From assembly GCF_009914755.1 (NCBI RefSeq), contig NC_060931.1: a stretch of DNA of 64,000 nucleotides; one strand, given 5' to 3'. Shown one piece after another: positions 52,610-64,000 of the stretch. Under the pieces are notes generated by a model. The model worked only from the letters and a program-made list of their open reading frames with translations. It was not told the DNA's origin and searched no databases. The position numbers and the translations under genes are program-made. Source of the DNA: the human T2T-CHM13v2.0 reference genome, Homo sapiens. The number at the start of each line of letters is the position of its first letter. Positions within the stretch are counted from its first letter, which is position 1.

Positions 52610-55528
52610 TCTAAACCCTATGTTTTTATGTATCTAGTTGCTATAATTATTATTTTAACAACAAGGGCTAAGTTTTCCCAGGCATAAAGCTCCCTATCTG
52701 GGCATTTTAGATCCCCAGAAATCCTGTGGGATATAAGGGGCAGATGGAACAGCGTGGCACTCCAAGTTTGAGCAATGGTGAAAGTGCTGTTTTAGAGTAA
52801 CCTAACAATCCGAGGGTTACTACAAGCATCTTTGTCAGAATTCTTCAGCAATGGACTACTACTTAAAATTCGCAAGGCTTCTGAATCACAAAGGAAAGGA
52901 AGCTGTAATTATTCTGACTACCATAACTATAGAAGTAAAATTAACTGTATTTATTCTTATTCTAAAATAATACAATGAAAGCTTTAGAAAAGGTCTATTT
53001 TTTTCCCAAGAAAGGGACAATTTTGTATATAATGTTAGCCCATGGCAGGATTTTAACACATACTGTAAAGAGACAGTATTATTTGCTCTCCATTATGTTT
53101 CTCAACTAGCAAGCTAGTATACAATTAGCCTTTATTGCATGCTAAGGATTTGGAGCGAAACTGTTATTTAAAAAATTCCCTTTTCTCAATTCAACGAGAA
53201 AAGTAAACACGTAAACAAAAGCAATTAATATTCATTTGGCATATAATAAATGCAAGGCCTTATGCTAGGAAATGATTTACATATGTTACATATGTCATCT
53301 CATTAAGCCTTTAAAAAGGAAAGAAAAGCATAAGAGATATAGAATGAATTAGTGCAAAAGATAGGTTAATTCAAAATGAAACCTTATAAATTAAATGTCC
53401 AGGAAGTCAACATCCTCTGACTGAAGGCATTTCTCTGTCTTTTTAAAAGATATTTCCAAAGAATACAATTGGTAAATGTACCCAGACCTCTGCTAAGAAT
53501 GATAGGTTGTACTAAAGAAGTTTAGGGAAGGATAAAACACTATGCCCTCTCTCAGAAGCTTAAAATCTTGGGAAGTTGGCATGAATAGAATATAATCATA
53601 TGAAATCAAATGGCAAATCAAGAAATATAGCAGAAAAGGGCTATACAGGCTTTGGATAAAGGAAGATGATTAAGGTCTTGTAATTTGAAAAATATTCTTT
53701 AAAAGAGGAGATATTTGGATAATTGGGACAATGGTTGAAGGCATTACAAGGCAGAAAATAGAGGAAAAGCAAAAGAAAAGGAACTGAAATAGCACTGGTT
53801 TTGCTTCAATGGATAGGTGATGCTTAGCTTAGAGAGAGTTCTTGTGCATCCACAAATACAAAACAGCTTCCGACACTGAGGACATGTAACTTTGTCAAAT
53901 ACAGAAAATGTAAAATTGTGAAGAGGTACAACCAGTGCATATAATTACAAGAATATAGATTACTACTTTGAGTTCTTGAATTGCATTCAATGTGCATTTT
54001 TTTCTTAAATTAATTTCCCCAATAAGAGGCAATTTTAGTGGATTTCAAACTTAGAATATGAGCTGTATCCTTGTATTTTGAGCATATTTTTGTGTGCAAT
54101 AAATGATGAGACCTTTCCAAGATGAATCTGTTGTTACAGTTTTCTTTTCCCATTGCTATTCTCCTTGGTTTATTTCCCTTTTTATTGCCCATTGCTTTTA
54201 GAAGGAATAAATATTAATGAGTTCTACAATGTAGTTTGCACTCCTCTGTTAACACTGGAGAGAGTAGCTACTCCCTATTGAGCAATCATCAGCAAGGCAG
54301 GGAACAACCAGCCCTAGCCACAAACCATTTCTTTTACATCTTTAGATAGCAGGAGTGTGCCTCTGAAAAAATGCTACTCATTCACCAGTGCACATCCCTG
54401 AGTGCTCATTTCAAAATTCCTCCTGGCGCTATCATTCATCTACAACGAACTCGATGAAATAAGTGCTTAAGGGTTACAAAAAGCACGGATACTATAGTCC
54501 CTTGATAGTGTCAGGTTAGATGACATTTTATCCACCATCTTTCTTTCATTAATGGAAGGTCTGTATTAACTGCTATGTCTTCTTTCCATCTCAGGTTACA
54601 GGTATGAAGTAAGATGAAACAGTATCTATCCTTCCCTAATTTCCCAGCTTAAATACTAGCAAAGTATTGTGAGTTTCTAAAGATTTAGAGCTCAGGGATC
54701 TAAAACTGGGGGGTCAAAGAATGTAGAAAAGACTAATATCATTACTGAAAGGTCCAGTTCACTTTGGAAAATATATAGTGACTTTTTCTAGTCATTCCAT
54801 TCTTCCCAGTCGTACCTCTAGAACTATGGGGAAAACAAGGCTTTTCAAGAAACAATGCATGTGTTTCTGTTTCTCATCTTAAAGTAGTCATTCTCACTGG
54901 CTGTAATAGAGGACAAAAATCTATGTTAGAATTAGGGGTAGATTTATTGAGAAGCCCATGAAGCTTAAGGTTTGGGCCCTTCTAAGGCCCTGGCAGAGAT
55001 GTTAGTGAGTGATTTTGAATTTGGAATTTTGAAATCTGGCTGTTTTTTTTAAAATAACATTTAGGGTTCTCTAAATCGCATAAGCTTTGGGTCCCAAAAG
55101 ACTCTCATTAGCTGCATGGTAAAATCAACTCTTGATTATAATCAATGACAATCCTTATAAAAAACAGATTCCTGCCTCATTCAGGACCTACAGAATTACA
55201 GCCCCAGTGGGTAATATCTAGGAATGTCTGCATTTTCTTAAAGCATGCAGGTGATTCTTAAACTATATTTTGAGGATATATGCTTTAGAGAAAAAAAATT
55301 CACCTGAGGAATAAGGGTACAGGTTCGTTATTAAGGACGGACCATGGTGTAGTGCACTCTCAGGGATTAGACAGCCCCAAACTGACAGATCCATACAAGT
55401 CACCCTATGTCAGCCTTGTGAAGGGTCAGTCTAAACTCCAAGTACACAAAGCTATAACTTCAAGGCTTTTATCAGGCTATAAACTTCCTGATGACAAGTA
55501 TCAAGTATACTTTTTTAAAAAATCACCG

Positions 55529-55911
55529 GAAAATACTATGCAGCCATTAAAAGAATGAAATCATATCCTTTGCAGGGACATGGATGGAGCTGGAGACCAT
55601 TGTCCTTAGCAAACTAAGACAGGAACAGAAAACCAAATACTGCATGTTCTTACTTATAGGTGGAAGCTAAATGATGAGAACACATGGACACATAGAGGGG
55701 AACAACACGCACTGGGGTGTTTTGGAAGATGGAGGGTGGAAGGAGGGAGAGGATCAGGAAAAATAACTAACTAATGGATACTAGGCTTAATATCTGGGTG
55801 ATGAAACAATCTGTACAACAAACCCCCATGACACAAGCTTACCTATGTAAATGAACCTGCACTTGTATCCCTGAACTTAAAATACAAATTAAAATAAAAT
55901 AAAAACATAAA
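55529..55911 (+). mobile_element. L1PA (approx. PA13-15) 3' end
   Basis: tactatgcagccattaaaagaatga...ggatcaggaaaaataactaa...aacaaacccccatgacacaag, followed by an A-rich tail. Confidence 0.88.
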
Positions 55912-58272
55912 AAATTATATCTTCAACATCTAAATCAGTGGTGTAACCTAATAATTGTTCAATAAGTATTTGTTGAGTGAATGAAAGAATAATAAGTGAG
56001 ATACCTAAATTTGCAATCCTTCCTCTACTGTAATTGATGGTCAGAAAAATAACACTTGGGAGAATGAACATAGAATGAGTTTAATATTAAATCCTTGCAA
56101 GTGTGTGTTCCCAACATACACATTTAATCTTTGAAGCAACCAAATAATTAATATAATGTCTTAATAAATGTAATTAATATTGTTATTATCATTATCATCA
56201 TTGTTATTACTACTTTTTAATAGTGGGCATTTGGGACTTAACTGGGTATTTATACGTACTCATTATTCTTCATATTGTTAGAGATATTCTATTGTTTGTA
56301 GTCTATTAAAATATTCCTGTGTCACAAGATTATTATCCAATATTTTATTATTAGCTTAATATGACTCATATACTTTATTAGTACATCATCCATGACTTTG
56401 TACCAGACACCAATATACACCATGAATTTTATAATCCTGTCTGGGTAATAATTTCTTTGCCAATGTCATTTTTGTCTTTTCCATTAGCAAACTGGGAAAA
56501 ACTAGAATGATAAAAAGAGAGACAGGTTTGAAATACTCATGAATTTTCACATGTTTCTATCCTTCAATTTTAGAAGTTGGCAATTGCTTTCATGCTTCAT
56601 TGAACAATATCAATTTGGTAACATGATTGCTTCTGAATTTTACATTTGTAAAGATCATCCTTCACTCTAAAAATATTGGAGAAAATTCTGGGCATTTTTT
56701 TTTATTATCTAAGAAAATGTTCTATCAAATGCCATTTAATTGATCCAACCTCTTATTCTCCTGAATAGTTTTGACACACTGTACACATATATGGCAAACT
56801 AATATTGTTATTTCCTTGAAAAAATATGATTTTTACCATGCTTTGTATATAAAGTTGGCATTATTGACTAGAAAATATTAATACACAGTGTGATCTGTTA
56901 GTCTGCTTACATATTTTCCAGCGGTGGTGACTGTTTGGACTCAATAGTCCACACTCTTAGTTTGGTCACTGTAAACATTTGTAATACAGCTGATTTGTCT
57001 CTCAGATGCAGTTTATAGTTAGAACAAAATAATTTTCTGTAATAATCTTTTACTCTGACATTTTAAAGCTCCAATTCTAGTCTTTATTTGGTATTAGATA
57101 GTCCGTGTAAAAAAATCGGTATTTTTTTCTTATTTAGTACTTCTATTAAATTGATTAAATTTTATCCAGCCTCTTTCACTTTTTCTATTGGATTGGAACA
57201 ATATATATGCACATTACTTAATTATTAATACTTGATTATATTAGTGTATAATAATACATAAGTATACAATAATATATTAATAGTTATTAAAACCAAAATA
57301 TGTATTATTACTTAATAATTATGCTTAAATGTTTAACATGCATAATGTTAGTAAAATAGAAGGGTGTTCAATATTTCCACCTTTTTCCTAAGCAATACTC
57401 TCCTTATTGTTTCCTATCCTATATTATTTTTGTTCATCAACTAAATGCACATTATAATATTAGTATTGCTTCATACATATCTCTGCTTAATTAGACTATC
57501 CATGGGTTTACCAAATTCTTTTCTCATCTTTAATCAATCTTTCTTGGTTTGATTTCCTTCTTCTTAAATATCCTTTGGCAATCTTTCAGTGAGAGTTTAT
57601 TGAAGGCAATCCCTTTCACCTTTGTCTAAATTTTGCCCATACTTTTGAAAGTTAGGTAGCTGGGTAAATAATTCTACGTTGCCAGTTACTTTCCTCTCAG
57701 AACTCTGAATATATAATTAGTGTTGTTTTGCTTTTCTGTAGCTGCTGAAAATTTCACTATTAATTTGCTAATTCCTTTGTAAATAATGTTTTTCTTGTCT
57801 CTATTCCTTTCAACATATCTTTGTAGTTGTTGAGCTGAAATTTCACTACATTGTCCCTAGTGTGGGTATTTTATTATCCTGCTTGAAAATTCTTGTTTTT
57901 CCTAATTCTGTATATCTGTGTTTTTTTTTACCACTTCTGGAGCATTTTCTCTCCCTTTCTTTTGATTCTTATATTCTGAACCTTCTTGTCAACTCTGCAT
58001 GACTATTATCCTCATTTTTATTGTCAACTTCTATTCTCAGTGTTAAATATTCAATTATTTCCTTATTTTTTTTGTCTTCAGTTTGCTAATAACTCTTTAG
58101 TTCAATCTGTCCAAACTACCCATTTATTTATTTCCAGTGAATGTGTTTTTCAGTTCTAAAACTACTATTTTAAAAAATTGGTCTTTTTAAATCTGACTCA
58201 TTATTTTTAATCTTGTAAAGTTTTTCCTTTAAATCTTTAATAAGTTTTTAGCATTTTATGGTCTCTATGTGA

Positions 58273-58568
58273 TTTTTTGTTTGTTTTGAGACAGGGTCTT
58301 TCTCTGCCACCGAGGCTGGAGTGCAGTGGCACAATCTTGGCTAACTGCAATCTCCACCTCCTGGGCTCAAGAGATCCTCTTACCTCAGCCTCCCATGTAG
58401 ATGGGACTACAGGTGCATGCCATCACGCCTGGCAGTTTTTATATTTTTTTGGTAGAGACAGTTTCACCATGTTGCACAGTCTGGTCTCGAACTCCCAGAC
58501 TCAAGTTATCCACCCGCCTCAGCCTCACAAAGTGGTGGGATTACAGGCATGAGTCACCATGCCTGGCC
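58273..58568 (-). mobile_element. AluJ
   Basis: gagacagggtct...ctcctgggctcaagagatcctc...gagtcaccatgcctggcc. Confidence 0.9.
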
Positions 58569-59251
58569 TCTATCTGCTATTTCTAATACAGTATTTTCAA
58601 TCTTGGGAGTCTAATCTTACTGCTTGTTAGGCATTTTAAATCCTGTTTATGATGGATTATTTTTCCTTGCATAATTCATAATTTTGGATGGTGCAGTTTA
58701 CAGGGGTAAATCCTGTGCCTTAGGTTAAGGTATTTTTATCTAGAGAGTTTTTGCATTTGTTTATTTCAGGCATTCTAGTAGTACCAGTGGAATGATATAA
58801 TTTCTTATATTAATTTCTCAGCTTTGCAGTTTTTGGACTCATGGAAGTAAGCATAAGTTTGAAACTAAAACCAATATGAATACAGACCCATAATTGGAAT
58901 TCTTAGTGAGTCTTATTTTTCTCCTAAGTTAAGACTGAGGCTGACCTATTTAATTGTCATCTCCCTCTACAGGTAAGTTGAGTTTCTCTACTTACTTGAT
59001 TATCCTTTGAGATTAATGAAGTAATGCAGTATTTTTGCCTGTATTCTCTTTCTCTGGCTAAAGTTTCTGTGTCATGCTCCTTATTGGCTTCACTCCTCCT
59101 AGGTTCCCAAAATGTGTAACACTTTTCCTGTACCATCCCCACCCAAGGGCAACCACAGAAAGCATCAGCAGCTCAGCCTTGCTGGTTTGTTCTGGGGAAT
59201 CATTTAGTTAGTCAAGACCTCAGTTCTGCCCTTAAGATCATTTAAAACAAC

Positions 59252-59446
59252 ATTGGAAAAAATATATATGCAATTATTAATAATTGATTATATTACTGTA
59301 TAATACATAATTATACAAATATATTAGTAGTTATTAAACAAAAATATGTATTTTTACTTCATAATTACTCTTAAATTTTTAACATGCATAATGAGTTAAT
59401 AAAATATAAGAGTGTTTAATGTTTCTACCTTTTTCCCCAAACAATA
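59252..59446 (+). repeat. Diverged local duplicate of 57192-57397
   Basis: Shared colinear blocks attggaa, atatatatgca, aattattaata, ttgattatatta, tagttattaaa, aaaatatgtatt, cttaaat, tttaacatgcataatg, acctttttcc, caata. Confidence 0.85.
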
Positions 59447-60397
59447 TATTCCAAGTGTGTGAATCTTGACTAGGTGTTATATAAAGGCTGTTTTTTCGTG
59501 TAAGCTAGTCTGTCACATAGCTTGAATGGGAACAGAAGAGTAATTTATAAATAGTTATCTTCAGGCAAATAAAGTTAAGTAATGTGCCTAAGAATACATG
59601 CCAAGCAGAAATGAAAACCAGGTTTCCTGATTCCTATCTGGGGTTCTATTGAAAATAGCCTTAAGATGAGAAGTTAAAAGACTTTTAAAGTATATACTAT
59701 ATTTAGAAAAGATAAAAGAAATAAAAACTGTTCCCTTAAATTAGTGTCCAAACTGAAAACAAGGTGTGTGAATCTTGACTCATGTCATTTGATTTAAGGA
59801 CTAGATCATGTGTCCTCTATTCAAATTCAGAGGTGTAAACAGTTCTATATTCAGAGATAAAAGGCAGTGTGAGTGTGAATATAGCCTCTTTGTGAAACAG
59901 AATTTAAGGAAGTGGGGGTGGATATTTGAAATATTCAAGAGATAATTTTCAGACAAATTAAAAGAGATTGTACCATTTTATAAAGGGAACAGTAAATATA
60001 TCAAACAGCAAATGTTTATTAAAAACCTACCAAGTCAAAGGTACAAAGCACAGTACTCATGTTTATCTGACTTCTGAGCTGCCTCATGATATGTTTCTTT
60101 GCCTTTTTGGTTGAATACTTCCTGAAGTCTCATCAGTAAGCTGTTTCTCCAATAAAAACTCTTACATTACCTCTGGGTAGACAACTAACTACCTTAATCT
60201 AATTCCCAGCATGAGTTTTTATTACCTTTTACCCCAACAGCTGAACCTCTTGACATCTCACTTTCCATTTTGTAGTCCAGTGATCACAGAGTAATTTCAT
60301 AGGGTAAAAGCTGTTCTCTCCCACAAGATATACAGAGGACTGGCTAACAAGGAGGCTCTGATTCCTTTGGGGATTCCTATGTTTTAATTATTATATA

Positions 60398-60988
60398 CAG
60401 TAAGTCCTCATTTAACGTCACCAATAGGTTCTTGGAAGCCTTGACTAATGATCGTTAAAAGAGAACTCATTTCTCCATAGGCTAATTGATATAAACAAGA
60501 GAGTTAAGTTCCCACCGCATACGTCTGGTCACAAAAACATCACTAAACTTCTAAATAAAGACCAAAACACTTTTAATATTAAACACTGAAATAAATCTAA
60601 GCTTACATACACTTAAGAAAGATTAAAAACAAGTAAGATCATTCATTACCTAATTATTCCAGTCTGGGGTCGTGGGTGGCCAGAGCCTATTCCGTCAGTT
60701 TAGGGAGCAAGGTGGGAACTGTGGCTGGACAACACACCATCCCATCTCAGGGTGCACTCACACACACACCCACACTCACTCAGACAGGGACTCCGTAGAC
60801 ATGCCAATTCACCTGATGTGAACATCTCTGAGGCATGTGAGCAAACCAAAATACCCAGAGAAAACCCATGCAGACATGGGAGGAACATGCAGACTCCACA
60901 TTCCTCAGCTGGGAATCAATTTTTTTTTTCTCGTCAATGTTATGACAAAATGTTCATGGACAAAACAGCATTATTTGAGGACCTGCCG
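60398..60988 (+). mobile_element. MER6A-like Tc1/mariner (Tigger) non-autonomous DNA transposon
   Basis: TA TSDs; TIRs cagtaagtcctca...tgaggacctgccg; internal cccagagaaaacccatgcagacatgg..gaacatgcagactccaca. Confidence 0.85.
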
Positions 60989-63900
60989 TATTATTTTCCA
61001 GTGCTTTTTACATCCCATTGTATTTACAGTGCATTGTGTTTCCAAGCTGTAGCCATCATGGGTTCTAGTCCTTTTTCATTTACCATATTAAGATGAGCAG
61101 AAAGTGGTATGCTTAGAAATACAATAAATTATGGAGTGTTTATACTTATATTATTCTCAAAAAGTGTTCATAGCCAAACTTTATATGCCTGTTTGTATAA
61201 TTATAGTATACTAGTGAAAGTTTTAGAAGTCAGTAAATTTAAAAATCTTGTTTTCCTGTGATTTACATCTACATAATGGTGTTATAGAAAGTCAAAAAAC
61301 ATGAAATCATTTTTCTTCATGGGACAGGTTTGATATATTTTTAGCAAAATAGAAAGTAAAAATAAACCACTCCCTTTCCTAAACGACTTAAGGATTGCAT
61401 CTGAGAATCTATGGAGACTCTCTTAGGTATCAGCGACACATGGTTCCCTTATACACACTTCAGGTGGAACTATCATGTAAAATATTCTTACCTACCTTTT
61501 ATTTCAAAAGTGAGGAACAGGAAAGACACAGCACAAGACTTCAACACACTCTGATATTTACTTTCTAAAATAACAGGAAAATAGCACCGTAATGCATAGC
61601 CTTTCTTTTCTTTTCTCTTTTTCCAAAAAGCTTTTTCTAAAGTGGGTTTATGTGTGGAAACCGTAGACAAAATATAGTGATAAATAATTTACTTTCCATT
61701 TAGCAATGGTGTGACTATTTTATTTTCTTATTTCTTTGTTGAGCATGAGGAAATGCGAGTTTTTTACTTACCTTTCCGTCTATCCATTCACAGTTCAATC
61801 ATCCATCCCTCCGCCTATCTTCCCATTGATCCTCCAATCCTTTCTGTTGCTATATCTCATTCTATGTCATCATACAGGCTTATTATCTAGGCTGTCTTTC
61901 TTAATAACCCTCAATCCCACAGACAATATCCAGATTTTAGTGTGGATTTTTAATATGTTTTCTACAGAGAAATGCTCTTCAGTTTCCTATAAGTCACTGT
62001 AAACTTAATGTTGTCTTATAACCAATACTTTCAGCTTCCCTCACTTAAAAACATGTTCAATCTGTACTAAATGGAAGAATTTCTTGAGTTACTGTAGGTA
62101 AAATCTACTTTCATTTTACTTTGAACTCTAAAAAAATCAATTTACTTCCATGCATCCAATGATCAGCAAGATGTTCATCAACTTTCTAGGACTCATACAG
62201 ATAACCTCCCCACAGGCAAGGCCTCTTCCTGTCATATTCTGATAAGGGTAGATTTCACGCCAGCATAAGCTGGACATTCTTCACATATCAGCTGGCTGAA
62301 CAAAAACTGTCAAGGGTTTTACTACTGACACTGTCAGTAGGGAACTTGTCAAGGCTTTCTTCTACGGAAATGATATAGTAGAAATTCTGCTCACCTGAAT
62401 ATTGTGGGGGAATAGTTGTCAGGATTGGGAGGGTTACCTACAGCTAAGAGCAGTGCAATAATAAAATATAGACACTCTCCAATATTGATGAGATATATTT
62501 CTTCCTACTCTTTACAGGTGCTATCTCCAACTTAGGATATGTTCTGATGATATAATTCTACTGACACAAATAGCATACTAAATTGTGAATATTTTACTAA
62601 AGACCTTGTGAGTACTTTAATAAGATACATTTTATTATTTTGGAAATTAAATGTATTAACTCCAAGGATAAGAATTTTTCTGTCCCTTATGGTGTGTGTC
62701 ACTTAGTAGTACAGAATATACCAATGAGTAAAAAAGTTATTAATGCTTCCTGCCTTTATGCTAAGGTAGTCAGTATCATTCCCCTGTGTAACACAATGCA
62801 CCAAGTTAATAAAGGAAGTTTACATAAATTTCATATCACTTGCTTTCAGTATTTTTTTGTACTAATACATTTTATTTTTGAGTTAAAGTATTTTGTTTTG
62901 TGTTAGGGTCTTTTTCACACCTTGGTTATATGTGAAAACAAGTCATCTAGAGAACACATGGTGTGAAACTGCAAAGAGAACAGTGTAGATAGTTCTTTAA
63001 GTAAAACTGAGTTGTTCATAGTACAGGTTGTTCATGGTTACACAGTCATGGATTCTTGAAATGAGTGTCTTCTTATTAGCTGGGGGAGTTGTTTTGAGGG
63101 ATTTCTCTCTTTTATAAGATAAGCTTTACATTCTTTCATATGAACATGACTGAACATCGAGTGTGAATAATCTTCAAGCCCACAGCCTAATTGTTCTCCA
63201 TTCACACATATTTATAGACTTCGCATGTCACCCCTGGGATGCTGGTATACTGAGTATGTTTCCTATTGGGAAATGTTAAGTGCTCCCGGGGAGAAACTAA
63301 CATAGTCTAAATTTGGTGGAATAAATGCTACATTTTTAGGGAGAATTAACTGTTTTTGCAAAGACTTTAAGAAGTTCGTTAGTATTCTTGGTATTTGATA
63401 TGAAAGGACACACACTCCTAAATTATTCATGTTACATATTTACATGATAAATATTAATTTTAGGTGAATTAGTTACCTCCATATCTATTGACCTTTGCTT
63501 TGGCATTTGCTTTAGTCTAACAACTACATCTTAATAATGATATTCTTGCAATATTCCTTCTTTTTCTGTGACTGTTTTTGGTGTCTGCAGTGATTTAGCA
63601 GTGGTTGGGGGGAGCTCTAAAAGAAAATGCTTTAAAAAAAATACCCAGTTGCAATTCAGAATTCTGAAGGATCTTTGGAAAGCAATAACCTACAGGACAT
63701 AATTGACATTCCAAAACTAAAATCTGATCTACCTCTAGCAATGAAATTATACTACCCTGGAAAGACTGCTATAATAAATCTACTTAAGAGTGTTAAAATG
63801 CAGCCATTAAAGTGGCCAAGAAAATATTAATGTCCTAACATTACATGTTTTATGTTACTTCCTTATAACCTCAAGATACATTAGTAGTAAAATGTATCCC

Positions 63901-64000
63901 TAGGCTAGACTCCTAAATGAGTTGACATGCTGTGTAAAGTTAGTGGATACAGAACAATTAAATTTTGAAAGTTGCAACTGCAAAACTTCAGTTTTTTTCT

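Larger units (their letters stand above)
57100..59530 (-). mobile_element. Very old L1ME-like remnant (ORF1/5' region), boundaries approximate
   Basis: gctgggtaaaataattctacgttgccagttactttcctctcagaactctgaat and similar antisense L1M motifs. Confidence 0.5.

Noticed and set aside
54933-55100. Possible hAT-type MITE (ggggtagatttattgagaagcccatgaagcttaagg...)
   Set aside because: It looks like a decayed DNA transposon, but I could not fix the family or boundaries well enough to list it.
62389-62425. CAG|GTGAG with an upstream CTGAC as a recursive splice site (similar motif near 55300)
   Set aside because: The polypyrimidine tract is weak and several such motifs occur by chance; it needs RNA-seq sawtooth evidence.

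Overview
This is AT-rich, repeat-dense primate DNA, almost certainly human, lying inside the THSD7A gene (thrombospondin type-1 domain-containing 7A), which runs on the minus strand. Only two coding exons are supported: 18089..17934 (156 nt) and 16601..16389 (213 nt). Both have canonical AG/GT boundaries and are phase 1-1, and they encode TSR-type Cys/Trp repeats. From recall these are exons 5 and 6. Everything else is intron, filled with Alu (J/S/Y, FLAM), L1 (one ~6.9 kb L1PA15/16-like element with nested inserts, plus L1MA/MC/ME fragments), MaLR LTRs (THE1/MST/MLT1), ERV1 solo LTRs, MIR, L2 and DNA transposons (MER6A, MADE2, MER5). The other ORFs in the track are repeat-derived or chance. 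I found no RNA gene, CRISPR array or prokaryote-like system. The most notable unexplained structure is a set of old, locally templated insertions: segments of 17-330 bp copied from 0.3-2.9 kb away and pasted with flanking direct repeats or microhomology (1623-1915, 7442-7567, 59252-59471, and a micro fold-back at 24258-24317). Also of note are a frame-preserving 69-nt candidate cassette exon (61564..61496) and an Asp codon where I recall the reference protein has Asn583. Repeat subfamily names come from recalled consensus sequences and are approximate.
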